A stretch of 63,168 nucleotides of DNA, filler included, from Octopus bimaculoides (lineage: Eukaryota), in the NCBI RefSeq assembly GCF_001194135.2. It is 7 parts of 6 records of this genome, joined end to end, with 100 filler letters (N's around TTAATTAATTAA, not from the genome) between each part and the next. Parts side by side here need not be neighbours in the genome. Positions count along the whole stretch, not along the records: positions 1 to 10,140 come from NC_068983.1; positions 10,241 to 20,253 come from NC_068986.1; 5 more parts are not named here. One strand, 5' to 3'. The position numbers and the translations under genes were made by a program. Under the pieces are notes generated by a model that worked only from the letters and a program-made list of their open reading frames with translations, searched no databases and had not been told where the DNA came from. Positions 1 to 12,574 of the stretch are shown in pieces (the stretch's first letter is position 1; every line of letters starts with the position of its first letter).

Positions 1-1412
1 CATCACGCCCAGTGCGTGACTAGCACTTATTTAATCGACCTCGGTGGCATTTGAACTTAGAACGTAGCGACGGGCGAAATACCGCTAAGCATTTTTCCCG
101 GCGTGTTATCGATTAAGTTTGCTCACCGCCTTAATAATTATAATGATGATAATGTTATAGACAGTAGCATATATATATATGTATATACATAAATACATGC
201 ATACAATACATCTATCCATCCATCCATCCATCCATCCATCCCGTCATCCATCCATCCATCCATACATACATACATACGTATATATATATATATATAATAT
301 TTTCACACACACACACACACATACACACATATATATATACGTGTGTGTCAGTTAATTTAATGGCCGGCGAAAATAGTTTCATTATAAAAGTAAAATGAGA
401 AACAAATATCGCTTTTCAAAAAATCCTATCTTGGCACTAATGGAGAATTACAATTTGTTGACATAATACTGTTGAGAGAGCTGGTAAAGAAAAAATAGAG
501 AAATAATTGATTGAGCATTTAGTATATTATATGTCATACCTCGCTGTTCTTTGTTCTTTTAAAAGAAATAATTTCCTGAGGAATTTAAGGGTGTGGTACA
601 AAATATTAAAAGTGATTGGTTTCCAGATGGCAAGATTTGAAAATAATTTATGGTGTGATTAACTTAAAGGCTAAATTTGTAAGGACAGTAAAAAATGCTT
701 CTTGGCACATTAAGGGAACGACTATGTGATGAAGGAATGATTCGATCCATTTTGTTGTGAATATGTGACCTCATGGAAAAGTATTATAGATATCTTTTAT
801 ATATTGCTTGTTTCAGTCATTCGACTGCGTTCCTGCAGGAGCATCACCGAGAGGTGACTTTGGTCTAAAAAGAATCCACCATAGTACTTAATTGTATGTG
901 TGGTGTCTATCAATCTATTTTGCTAAAGCAGTCTGTTACGCTAACGTCAAGAAATCAACAACCACTAATTTTTCCCTCAAGTAATTCTTTTACACACATG
1001 CGCGCGCACACATATAAACACAAACATACACATGCACATACATATGTATGCATGTGCAGGTAAGAAATACCTGAATCTCTGAGTTACATTGTAATTACCG
1101 TGTACATCGGCCGCAGAGAACAGTTTGATAGTAGTATAATACATCTGTTAGCTGTTCTTTATCTCACGTCCCTTTAATGAAACATGTGTTTAGACAATAC
1201 GATGGCGGTAGCGTTTGCTTTGTGTACTTTTTTATACAGCTTTGTGTAGGAAGCATTCGCTACCGTAACATCAACTGTGTCCTGTGGTTGGTAACAAATC
1301 TGTATGGTAACACCTACACATTACCGTTCACATTCACTAGTGGCGTACCCTCCTTTTGGGAAATTTTAGGAGGGACACTCTAACAGTCCGCACACACACA
1401 CACACACACACA

Positions 1413-1469
<57 letters not shown>

Positions 1470-3087
1470 CCTATCTATCTATCTATCTATCTTTGTATGT
1501 GTGTGTGTTGCTTGGTGTGTGTGTGTGTCAATCGACAGCCAGTTTGGTTTCTTTACGTTCCTATAAATTAGCTGTTCAGAAAAAAAGCTCACTGGGATTA
1601 GTACGGGTTTGTTTTGTTCGACTAAATAACTCAAATAGTGTTCTGCAAGGCTGCAGTCTAATGACTGAAACTAGCAAAATACGGAACCTAAAAGATTCGG
1701 CGATGCCCGCACCTACCACCACTTTAACATACGGGTAATATTAAAGAAGATTATTGTAAATGAAGAGTCCAGTTGCCATTAAACTGTACCAATGATCTCT
1801 AGGAATGAAACGATTTCGTTTTCCACTTCAAATGAGGCAACCACCATAATTTTTACCATGATTACGTTTAAATTGATAGTATTCATCTATAAAACCTCGG
1901 TTTCCCGAAAAAGTTTGTACCTTGGAAAGGCTTTACTTGAATTCAAATCCATTCTCTCTTTTACAAAATATGGATTTGAACAGATTCAGTCGCCTTATGT
2001 ATATGACTCAATTGACACTATATATATCTACGTAGGAGAGATAGGTTTTAGATAGATACTCAAGTAGACACCATGGACTGATCCAAGAGTGATGAAAATG
2101 TAAACAGAATCATAAAGTAATCGATTGGATATTAGACATTAGACATTTATTTCAGTGCCATAATGTCTCAGCCAATACATTGTCATGATGTAAGAAATAT
2201 ATAAGTCAAAGAATAACGTAACACATCACGATATTCTCTATTTATTTTTATATTACCTCATCAAAAATTTTACTTCAAAAGCACAGAATTCATGAACCTA
2301 AATATGTGCCCAAAATTGGAGTAAAAAAAACAACTTATAATTGATGGCATTTTATTGATTCTTACCCCCACCCCTCCACCATTCTAATAAAGTTCAATTT
2401 TCTGAGTTTGAATAGCATCTAAATCGAAAGTACTTTGATTTTTCTCGGCATGTGTTGCCAGTAAATAATTAGTGCAACACATTTTATCAGGGTTAGAATA
2501 ATTAAATATCAACAGCGGTCTCCTTCAAACAAGAAAATCAAGAAAGTAATTATAAAGTTAAAAATTCAATCTAAAGGGAAAATTGAACATTTTTTGAACA
2601 TACAAAATCTGAAAAGGTATTATTAATAATAATTTTCTTACGTTATGTGTTTTCCACTAAATTGTCTATTTTTCTCTTCTATTTTCCATGCTGGTTATTG
2701 CCCCAGTCTATTCCATTTATTCGTTTTGATTAAATATTTTCTAGACATGAAAATCGATGCGAAGTATCTCTTTTTTAATTTTTTTTTTACAATATTTTAT
2801 TCTTTAATATTTTGATTCAACAAGTCTGTTCATATTGAAAGGAATAATTTATTAATTTACAAACATATTACCGAAAGTAATAGTTATATTACAACTGGTG
2901 CTTGTAAAATTGTTTTATTATTTTTTTTTTTAGAAAATCATGTTTCGTTTCGTACGGGGACATTTTTTTTTTTAAACAAGCTATTTTATAAATATTTAAT
3001 TTCAAAAATGTATAAACAGCGTCAGCTTACCTGAATTAAGTCAATCAACTTGAGATTACTTGACTAACTATCTTAATATATTTTCAG

Positions 3088-3253
3088 AATTGCACATGTT
3101 CGATAATAACCAATTGAATAAGACAGATTCGTGACATAGCATAAATTCATTATGAGCGCAAACCTGGCTGAAATCATTGAGAAATTCTACTTCGCAGCTA
3201 CGGCTAGACACGTTGGGCAAGTTACTTCAACTGCAAGAGCTGCTGATTAATAG
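3088..3253 (+). other. Candidate isolated exon (166 nt), non-coding or decayed
   Basis: GACTAAC branch-like site at 3062-3068, TTTTCAG acceptor and TAG|GTAATG donor; no fully open frame. Confidence 0.4.
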
Positions 3254-3331
3254 GTAATGCTTAAAAGTTTATAGCCGAAAGAAAACTCAACGGCATCTTG
3301 CCATATATATATATATATATATATATACATA

Positions 3332-4599
3332 GAAGGGTTGAACAAAATAATGGAAACATCTACCATCATAGCAACATAATTTTGAAATAACTATAAAACT
3401 GTCAAAAGCGAGTTTATTTTTGTTTTTTGATTTATTATTAGTGTTGCTTAATGTTTTTCTAAAATTGCTGTTTCTTTTCAGATATCATCAGAAGAAAGGT
3501 AATTAAAATTCATTAAAATGACAGATCTATCGGACTTTCAAAGAGAACCAATTGTTGGTGCTAGTATGGCAGGCGCTAGCGTAACGAAAACAGCCGAAAT
3601 GTTTGGTGTATCAAGACGTACTGATCTAAATTAATGACAGCCTTTGGGAAAGAAGGAAAAAAACCCCTCGTCGAAATAAAACTCCGGAAGAAAACCAAAA
3701 CTTTCAGAAAGGACCGTCGGACTCTTACGCGAATTGTTAGAAAGGATCACAAAAGTACAACTCCCAAAATTACTGCAGAGCTTAATGACCACCTCGAGAA
3801 CCCAGTTTGCACAAAGACTGTTTGCCGGGAGCTGCTCAAAGCCAGATTTCACCGGAGGGCTGCAATCAGAAAAGCACTACTTCCGAAAACAAATGTTGCA
3901 AAGCGTTTAGTGTGAAGTAAAAACCTATAGAATTGGTCCCTAGAGCAGTGGAAGAATGATATTTTGTTGGACGAGTCATCCTTTACAACATTCCGACCAC
4001 CGGCCGAGTATACGTGTGGAGACCGCCAAAAGAAGCGTTTGACCCATCTGCCTTCTTCTAACTGTGAAACATGGAGGAGGATCTGTGATGATCTGGTGGG
4101 CTGTATCTTGGAAACCCGTCCGGTCTAATGGTTTCTCTTCATGGCAGAATTAATAGTCAAGACTATTTAAGCATTTTATATGATCAAATTCATCCTATTG
4201 TTGCGGAACTGTTTCCGGAGGGAAAGAAAACTTTTCAAGATGATAATGCACCAATTCACACAGATAAAGTTGTTACTGAGTGTCACAAGGAACATTCTAG
4301 TGAAGTTGAACTTCTTATCTGGCCACCACAGTCCCCAGATCTCAATATTATTGAACAGTTATGGTGATCTTGAGAAAAACAAGTAAAGAGTCGATATCCT
4401 TTACTATCATCACTTCAGGAAGTGGAGACTGTTTTAGCGGAAGAATGGACAAAAATTCCTTTGGAAACAATTCAAACTTTGTACGAGTGCATAACTCGTA
4501 AAATTCAAGCTGTAATTAGTGACCAAGGCAGTCATACTTCATATTAAAATAAATTTGCTTGAAACTTTAAGGTGTTTCCGTTATTTTGTCCAAGCCCTG
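3332..4599 (+). mobile_element. Full-length decayed Tc1-like DNA transposon with DD36E spacing (Incomer-type)
   Basis: 29-bp imperfect TIRs (3332-3360, 4571-4599) flanked by TA; transposase from ATG 3518 with frameshifts and stops; DESSF, FQDDNAPIH and SPDLNIIE motifs, with 36 residues between the second D and the E. Confidence 0.92.
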
Positions 4600-4631
<32 letters not shown>

Positions 4632-5744
4632 TGTATGTATGTATGTATGTATGTATGTATGTGTGTATGTATAAATGTGTGTGTGGGGGTATTAATCATT
4701 GTGTCCATTAATTTCACATGGAAAGGTGACGTTTGATGTAAATTTAGCTGCTAATTAAACAACATTTAAACCGGCCATATAAGGCCGAAATATTTTACCT
4801 TTTTTTATGTACAAAGTGGCCAGATCAGGCCTCTCACACTTAGCCTACAACAGTCACATCATCAAAATTTGAAGTTACAAGCTAATGCAGGGTCAATTCA
4901 AAATAATTTGAAGAAATAAACATTGAAAGCGAAGAGTAATCTGAACTCTAAAGTGTTAAACAACTTTATCCTCTTTGGCGCGATCTATTGGAATTCGTAC
5001 ATTTTTACCGCCCTAGAATCACTAATATAATTTATTTAGTTTAGAACGGCAGTTGAGTACAAATAACGAGTTTCTACTATACTTTGTATTATTGTATTTG
5101 CGTAGGGAAATCCTAGTCGGTCAATCTATCTGCTAGAAATTTCAACCTAATATTCTCAAATTCCATCGAGTGCCTAAAATAAAGGATACATAATCTTGTC
5201 ATTGATATACCAATGACGGGATGTTCATTGCTGGAATACCTTATCAGAAATCACCTCGATCCGTACTCACTTGAAATTAAAGAGAATCATTAACATCTTC
5301 AACATAATTGTTTCTAAGGTCATAATTTTTCTTTTGATGATTGTGGGACGGGATAATCGATGTCACCAACTCCACTACTTCATTGCTATCTTATCGGCCC
5401 TGAAACGATGAAAGCAGGATTGACCTCAGCTGGATTTGAACTCATTATATACAAAAAAAGAAAAGGCAAAAAAAAAAACAGGAAAATATCACAACGCATT
5501 TTTTTCTGATGACTAAATCAGTGCCATTCTAACTTGTTTAACAACAGGAATTGTATCCTTTGTATCTTTGGCAGTTTATTCATGAATAAAGGTAAGGTTA
5601 CATCTAACGAAAGCGGCAGCCTCGATATGGTCGCACTGTCTCCTAGAAAAAGCAATCAAATGCCTCTTAAAATATATCCTAAAGAAAGAAAGGAAAGGAA
5701 GTGTGGGATTATATATTCCTTATTATGCATTTAATAGACGGGAG

Positions 5745-5865
5745 GGTTCTGAATAGACCGCCTTTAATAACTAGTGCGCCACCTCAAACAAATCTGATCG
5801 AGGGGTTGAACAATAACCTAAGCGTAGACAGAACTACGCTTCAGTCGTTATCCCTGAGTTAGTTC
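5745..5865 (-). pseudogene. Mitochondrial-type LSU rRNA domain V-like fragment (possible old NUMT)
   Basis: Colinear motifs on the minus strand: CAGGGATAAC, hairpin with GTTC loop, CCTCGAT, GGCGCA, TATTAAAGG and GGTCT-ATTC-AGAACC, at rRNA-like spacing. Confidence 0.5.
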
Positions 5866-8800
5866 TCTAACGAGAGTTATTCTGTGACACGATTTCTTTA
5901 ATCAACAGTATTCTCATTTCCTAGAGATTCATACTTGTAAATGTAATTTCTAAATGATTTTTAGTTGAATGAAACTGAATTCAAAAGACAAAGTCTTCGT
6001 GATTTAAGAAACAGCTCGCTTGTAATTGAGTCATGAAGTAAAAAATTTTAGAAGGAAGGTGTTAGTAGATAGTGTAGACACTACTACGTCACTAGTACTT
6101 TATTTTATCGAACCCGAAAGAATGACAAAGTTGACTAAGTTTGAATTAGAAATCGGAACGCGAATGCTGGAAAAACATTGCAAGCTTCTGCCAATCCAGC
6201 ACTCTCTTTAAACAAATAAATATTTCTACTTTAGGCACAATGCTAGCACTTATGAAGTAGTGGGGGCTAGTAGACACAGTCAACCTAATATTAAACTGGT
6301 ACATAATTGTGTCAACACTGAAAGGAAGAAGGCAAATCTTGAATTCAGAATGTATAACCGTAAGAAACATCATAAGACGTTTGTTACCGCCGATCTAATA
6401 ATTCTACCAGACGGTCACCCTAATTATGACACTTATTACTATGAGTGAATGACATTTCATACAATCATGCTATCATAGGAAAAATGCTCTGGAAATCACA
6501 GAACACATGGTTATCACATACAAACGGTGTAATGATATTTCCCTCAAAAGACACACAATGATGAGAGACGAATATCGGTGTAAAAGGCATGAAGTACAAA
6601 TTGGCTTAATATTCCACGAACAATGCCAATCAGGTAGCTTTATAGAGGAAAATAGAGGGAAAATCAATATTGTTAAACAGCTATGCAACTTTCCAGTAAA
6701 CAGGGTACCTCATCATGATATATCAACCTGTTGGAAATTGTAGTCTATCTTCAAATTACAACTTATTGTCTTGAAAGGATATATTGTAAAATGTGATCGT
6801 AGACACAATGTATGTAAAAAAAAAAAAAAAATGAAGGGTCAAGATATGAATGTCTTACGTGTCAGAGGTGTCACCAATCAGGTTTGACCTAAGATTAATT
6901 TAGTGGCAACTATTCGTTTCCGAGAGCCAACTCCTGCACGTGTGCAATATATCTATTTGCTAATTATTGTGTGATTATTTTCAGTTGCTTTTTCATGCGT
7001 TTTAGTTTTCAGATAATACAGAGATATTCCTTTGTACTATAGGCACAAGGGCTGAACTTTTGGGCGATGTGGATAATCGATAAGATCGACCCCAGTGTTC
7101 AACTGGTACTTATTTTATCGACTCCTAAATGAAGAAATGCTAGCTCTACCTCGGTGGGATTTGAACTCACAATGTAAAGATGGACGAAATGCCACCACGC
7201 ATTTGCTCGGCGTGCTAACGATTGTTCCAGCTCACTGAAATGCAAATACCAGATTACAGAACGGAAATTTCAGATTGACCAGCGTTTGTAAGAACAGAAT
7301 TGCCGTATTGGGAATATGGCTTTATTCAACTTCTTTGGCAGATACGGCAGACAAATAATAATTTTCGCCAGCGAGTTGAGAATGAGATAACAACGACGAC
7401 ATGATGCAGTTCGGTAACGAAAACTAGCCAAAATAGTTACGTATAAAAAATACATACATGAACAGCATGTGTATTTTCGTATAAATATGTATACGCAAAC
7501 AACATAAGCATGCATACACACAGTTCATTGCATTCTCACAACACACCGCTTAAGATAATTCAGAATTATCAACGACGTTTTTGGAAATGAGTAATACTCC
7601 ACATTATATGCTCTTTCAATGAGATACTACACGCATGTGAATTTTGAATAGCAAGAATTATCGGTGGAAAAAGTAAACGCTTCACATGGCAACATTTTTA
7701 TTTTACTTAACCATTTCAAGATATAATTTACGTTGAATGAAGAATAGAGGTTAATTGTTTCAAACATTTGGCACAAAGCCACCAGTTTAGAATTGTGGGT
7801 TAGTCGATCGCAGCAACGCCAGTACTTAACTGGTACTGTATTTTAGCGACCACGAAGGGCAGGGGGAAGAGGATAAAATGACCTCGGGGGGAATTGAACA
7901 CAGAATGTAACGAGCGAGTAGAAATTGTTACGTGTGCTAACGATTTTCCCAGCTCACGGCCTTTTTTTATTTTATAAAACACTGGTTTTATAATTAATAC
8001 ACCTGGTTGTTGGTAATTTGGCATCACTGCATTCATCTGACGATCCGTTACGACATATACACCCAACGATTCCAGCAACGCTCCCTGGGTAATAGTATCA
8101 ATGTTCGCATTACTTGCAGAAACAAGTGAAAAGACAACGTGGCTTTATATAACCCTCGGTATCTGATACCGTGTTAGTGTACTGAGATCTTCTATATTCC
8201 TCTAGAGTATGAGATTTACAAGAAGAAATTCTAATCAATAACTTCTCTTAAACTTTTTTCTCCACAAGTCTCTTTTTAGATACAATTTTAGAAAAAAAAA
8301 AAGCATCAGACAGAAGATTTAGTATGCCATACAAGTGTATAATTCATCATATTGAAGTTAACAGCAGTTAGTCTAGTGTATCATAGATAAATCTAAAATG
8401 TTATGTAATGTTCAAAAATCTTTGAAGTCGCAGTAGGTATATAACATATCGTCTACAATGACTACTTTATAACAGCACACACATATTTCATTTCTGTGTG
8501 TTTATTCTTTAAATTTATTTATTTATTATTATTTTTATTTTCTCTCTCTCTCTCCCTTTCTTCCCTTTATCTTTATGAAGAGCTCGTGCACAAAACTGAT
8601 ATATTCTTTTCCGTGCAGAATTTACATTTACATTATATAAAATTTCATTTTTATATTAGAGAGACATAAATTTTGAACCAGATCCTTTACGTCGTAACTG
8701 ACTCTGTGAACAACAGTTTCCCTATCTAAATAGAACACTAAAAGTCATTTGGTTGTAAAACAACCTCATCAAAATTGTTACGTGGCATATATAATCCCGA

Positions 8801-9278
8801 AATTGTATCTTCTCTGAGGGAATTAGAATAGATATATGGGAACAACCATTGCCATGTCATTAAGAGAGTTTTAAATAACAGACAAGATGTGGTTTTATCG
8901 TCTGTGCTCCAATCCCGGGGCAAGTGCCATCTCCCGTACGATCGTAATGAGTAAATCTTTTATGAAGAAATTTAGTAGATAGAAACTTTGAGGAAATCCG
9001 TCGACTTCTGAGTAAGGAACTTCCTCTCCCAGATACCACGCTTAAAATTTCACTGTAGGGTAACAATACTAATTTTATGTGCCTTTAGCGAAATCTGCTG
9101 CGTTGCAAGCATTCGGTTTAGGTCTACTATACGTTTACTTTCTTCATTTCCTAAACAGTTAAGACATTATGTAAATACATTTCAACATTTCTGCAATAAA
9201 AACTTAAATAAAAATCTGATTTCTTGTAACCCACTACCCAGAGAGATCCTTCGAGAAATTGGTCCGAACCTGATGCAA

Positions 9279-9335
9279 ATGATGATGATGATAATGATGA
9301 TGATAATAATAATAATGATAATAATAATAATGATA

Positions 9336-9412
<77 letters not shown>

Positions 9413-9437
9413 AATAATAATAATAATAATAATAATA
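9279..9437. repeat. Compound (ATG)n/(TAA)n microsatellite
   Basis: Direct reading; source of the poly-Ile ORF. Confidence 0.97.
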
Positions 9438-9439
9438 AA

Positions 9440-9660
9440 TGCCCAGATGTAATACCTGGTAATGCTCACCGTCACTCAGAGTTTATACTGCACTCAGGGC
9501 TCCTGTGGGGCCGCTATATGGACACACTAGAAGAGGGAGACTGATAATGACATATGTTGATGCCCTAAGGTCTCTGGGAGGCACAGGACATGGCAGTGAT
9601 AACGAGGCATAAGAACTGCAGAGAGAACTCGCCCATGGATCTCGGGAACTTTACCCGCCC
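9440..9660 (+). mobile_element. Decayed RTE-like LINE 3' fragment
   Basis: YGHTRRGRLIMTYVDAL resembles the RTE terminal HG.R.RGRP..TY.D.L motif. Confidence 0.45.
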
Positions 9661-9671
9661 TACATAGACAC

Positions 9672-10068
9672 ATCTTTTATCATTTACCTGTTTCGGTCAT
9701 CAGACTGCGGCCTTGATTAGACATCCCCTTCAAAAATTTTAGGCGAACTAATCGATATTAGTACCTATATTTTGTTAGGCGTGGTGCTTATTCTATCGAT
9801 CTGTTTTGCCGAATTGCAACGTTACGGGGACGTAAACACAGCAACATAGATTATCAAGCGGTAATGGGGACAAACAAAAACATACACAAACACAGACACA
9901 AAGACACACACACATACACTCATATATATACGACGGGCTTCTTTTAATTTCCGTTCACTAAATCTACTGAGATGGCAATGATGGCAAACACTTGCGCAAA
10001 GTACTAAGCAGTGGGACTGAACCCGGAACCATGCGATTGGAAAACAAACTTCTTACGACATAACCATT
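9672..10068 (-). mobile_element. Family A SINE copy
   Basis: Reverse-complement match to head, body and tail. Further partial copies at about 800-970(-), 1505-1690(+), 23765-23900(-), 25190-25560(-), 45180-45430(+, two heads), 46797-46905(-) and 53580-53770(-). Confidence 0.85.
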
Positions 10069-10100
10069 GATATACTTATAAATACATACGTAACAGCACA

Positions 10101-10140
<40 letters not shown>

Positions 10141-10257
10141 NNNNNNNNNNNNNNNNNNNNNNNNNNNNNNNNNNNNNNNNNNNNTTAATTAATTAANNNN
10201 NNNNNNNNNNNNNNNNNNNNNNNNNNNNNNNNNNNNNNNNCGACGCTCTTCCGATCT
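10141..10257. other. Assembly spacer (N-TTAATTAATTAA-N) followed by Illumina adapter remnant CGACGCTCTTCCGATCT
   Basis: The spacer gives stops in all six frames; identical spacers at 20254-20353, 31213-31312, 41833-41932, 55528-55627 and 59972-60071. 10241-10257 equals the 3' end of the Illumina read-1 primer. Confidence 0.97.
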
Positions 10258-11302
10258 ATTTATACATACCATACCATAGACGCATACACACACATATATT
10301 ATTGACTACCGAAGATAGTCAAGTATCAAATCTAGCTTAAAGCAAAAATTTGGCGCAGGGGTGGCGTAGGGTATAAAAAGGTATACTTTATATGTGTGTA
10401 TGTGTGTGTGTGTGTGTGTGCGTGCATGTATATGAAATAGTGAATCTTGAATCACATAAAGGCATAAATAATAGCATGTAAATATTGGTTTTAAAAACCC
10501 CGTTGGATGTACATATAAACATTCACAAATGTGCTTCATAACTGTCACGCCGGCAAATATAAAAGCACACATACATGTACATGTACACACAGCGAACGCG
10601 CACGCACGCACATACATACATGCATACATGCATACATACGTACATACATACATACATACATACATACATACAAATACATAAGAAGTACGTACCACAAGCG
10701 TGTCTTGCCTGTAACAGTCCATATTTACATCAACAGTAGGAGAAAAATCCACCGTACTTTGCGCACCGTGCAGATTCGATGTAAACAGCGAACAGTCCGT
10801 TCCTCTGTTGATGTATATGACTGATATTACTACAGCAGGCAGCTGCTCCCTATATGCAGTTGTAGTGTATATAAGGTTTACCTCTACGCCCGGCTTGCAC
10901 TACATACACCACTACACCAATATACAGACTGCTTCTTGTCCCCACTGACAACAGATGCACCTCCTCTACCCTCTCCTCCCACTTAGCGTATTTACTTTCA
11001 CTCCTACTTCCTTCTTGTCCTACTTTCTTTCACTGGACCACACACACACACACACATGCACACACAAACACACTCACACACATATAGCAGTATTTACTCG
11101 CAACACTCTCTGTCTTTCTGTCTTTCTGTCTATCTGTCTGTTTCTCTCTCACTCACACGCACACACGCACTTCGCACATGCGCAAACCAATAACCATATA
11201 AATATGCACATAGATTCACTTACAAACATACATAGGTGCATTTATACACACATACATATACATACACACATTTGAGTGTGTAAATGCATCTATGCATGTG
11301 CG

Positions 11303-11340
<38 letters not shown>

Positions 11341-12220
11341 TTAATAACAACAAGAACAACAAGAACAACAACAAGAACAACAACAATAAGAACAACAACA
11401 ATAATAATAATGATTTCAAATTTTGCCACAAGGGCAGCAAGTTGCTTGGGGGAGAGGATGAGTCGATTTATCGACCCCAGTTTTTAACTGGTATTTATTT
11501 TGTCGNNNNNNNNNNNNNNNNNNNNNNNNNNNNNNNNNNNNNNNNNNNNNNNNNNNNNNNNNNNNNNNNNNNNNNNNNNNNNNNNNNNNNNNNNNNNNNN
11601 NNNNNNNNNNNNNNNNNNNNNNNNNNNNNNNNNNNNNNNNNNNNNNNNNNNNNNNNNNNNNNNNNNNNNNNNNNNNNNNNNNNNNNNNNNNNNNNNNNNN
11701 NNNNNNNNNNNNNNNNNNNNNNNNNNNNNNNNNNNNNNNNNNNNNNNNNNNNNNNNNNNNNNNNNNNNNNNNNNNNNNNNNNNNNNNNNNNNNNNNNNNN
11801 NNNNNNNNNNNNNNNNNNNNNNNNNNNNNNNNNNNNNNNNNNNNNNNNNNNNNNNNNNNNNNNNNNNNNNNNNNNNNNNNNNNNNNNNNNNNNNNNNNNN
11901 NNNNNNNNNNNNNNNNNNNNNNNNNNNNNNNNNNNNNNNNNNNNNNNNNNNNNNNNNNNNNNNNNNNNNNNNNNNNNNNNNNNNNNNNNNNNNNNNNNNN
12001 NNNNNNNNNNNNNNNTCGCAACACTCTCTGTCTTTCTGTCTTTCTGTCTATCTGTCTGTTTCTCTCTCACTCACACGCACACACGCACTTCGCACATGCG
12101 CAAACCAATAACCATATAAATATGCACATAGATTCACTTACAAACATACATAGGTGCATTTATACACACATACATATACATACACACATTTGAGTGTGTA
12201 AATGCATCTATGCATGTGCG

Positions 12221-12260
<40 letters not shown>

Positions 12261-12304
12261 CATAATAATAATAATAATAATAGGACCCAAGAAGTGCAGA
12301 GTAA

Positions 12305-12561
12305 TCGGTTAAACTAAAGCGCTTGACCCGAGCAAAAAAAAACAAACAAAAGAAAAAGTGTAATAGGTGTAAAACAACTTGCCCTAAACGAATATAAAAA
12401 AATGCGCGCTCGCGAAAGGGGGTGGGGGAGAGGACTCGGAAAATTCACATTTCGTGAGCGCGCATTTTTTTTCATATTCGTTTAGAGCAAGTTGTTTTAC
12501 AACTATTATACTATTTTTCTATTGTTATTTTTTCTTGGGTCAAACGCTTTAGTTTAACCGA
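12305..12561. repeat. Foldback/MITE-like element with about 112-bp imperfect inverted arms
   Basis: Arms at 12305-12417 and 12450-12561, 32-nt spacer, GTAA on both flanks. Confidence 0.9.
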
Positions 12562-12574
12562 GTAAACTACCTAA

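Noticed and set aside
1700-2010. Long minus-strand protein-like frame
   Set aside because: Three internal stops and no recognisable motif.
8880-9065. Possible + strand exon(s) resembling the end of the 48-kb gene (DRNFEEIRR...TLKISL*)
   Set aside because: Conflicting frames, weak acceptor and too little similarity to support a paralogue.
10185-10196. Recurrent TTAATTAATTAA between N runs as a biological motif
   Set aside because: Artificial six-frame-stop contig spacer.
11097-12282. About 250-bp direct duplication either side of the 11506-12015 gap
   Set aside because: Essentially identical copies abutting a gap, differing only in microsatellite length; typical unmerged overlap or allele artefact.
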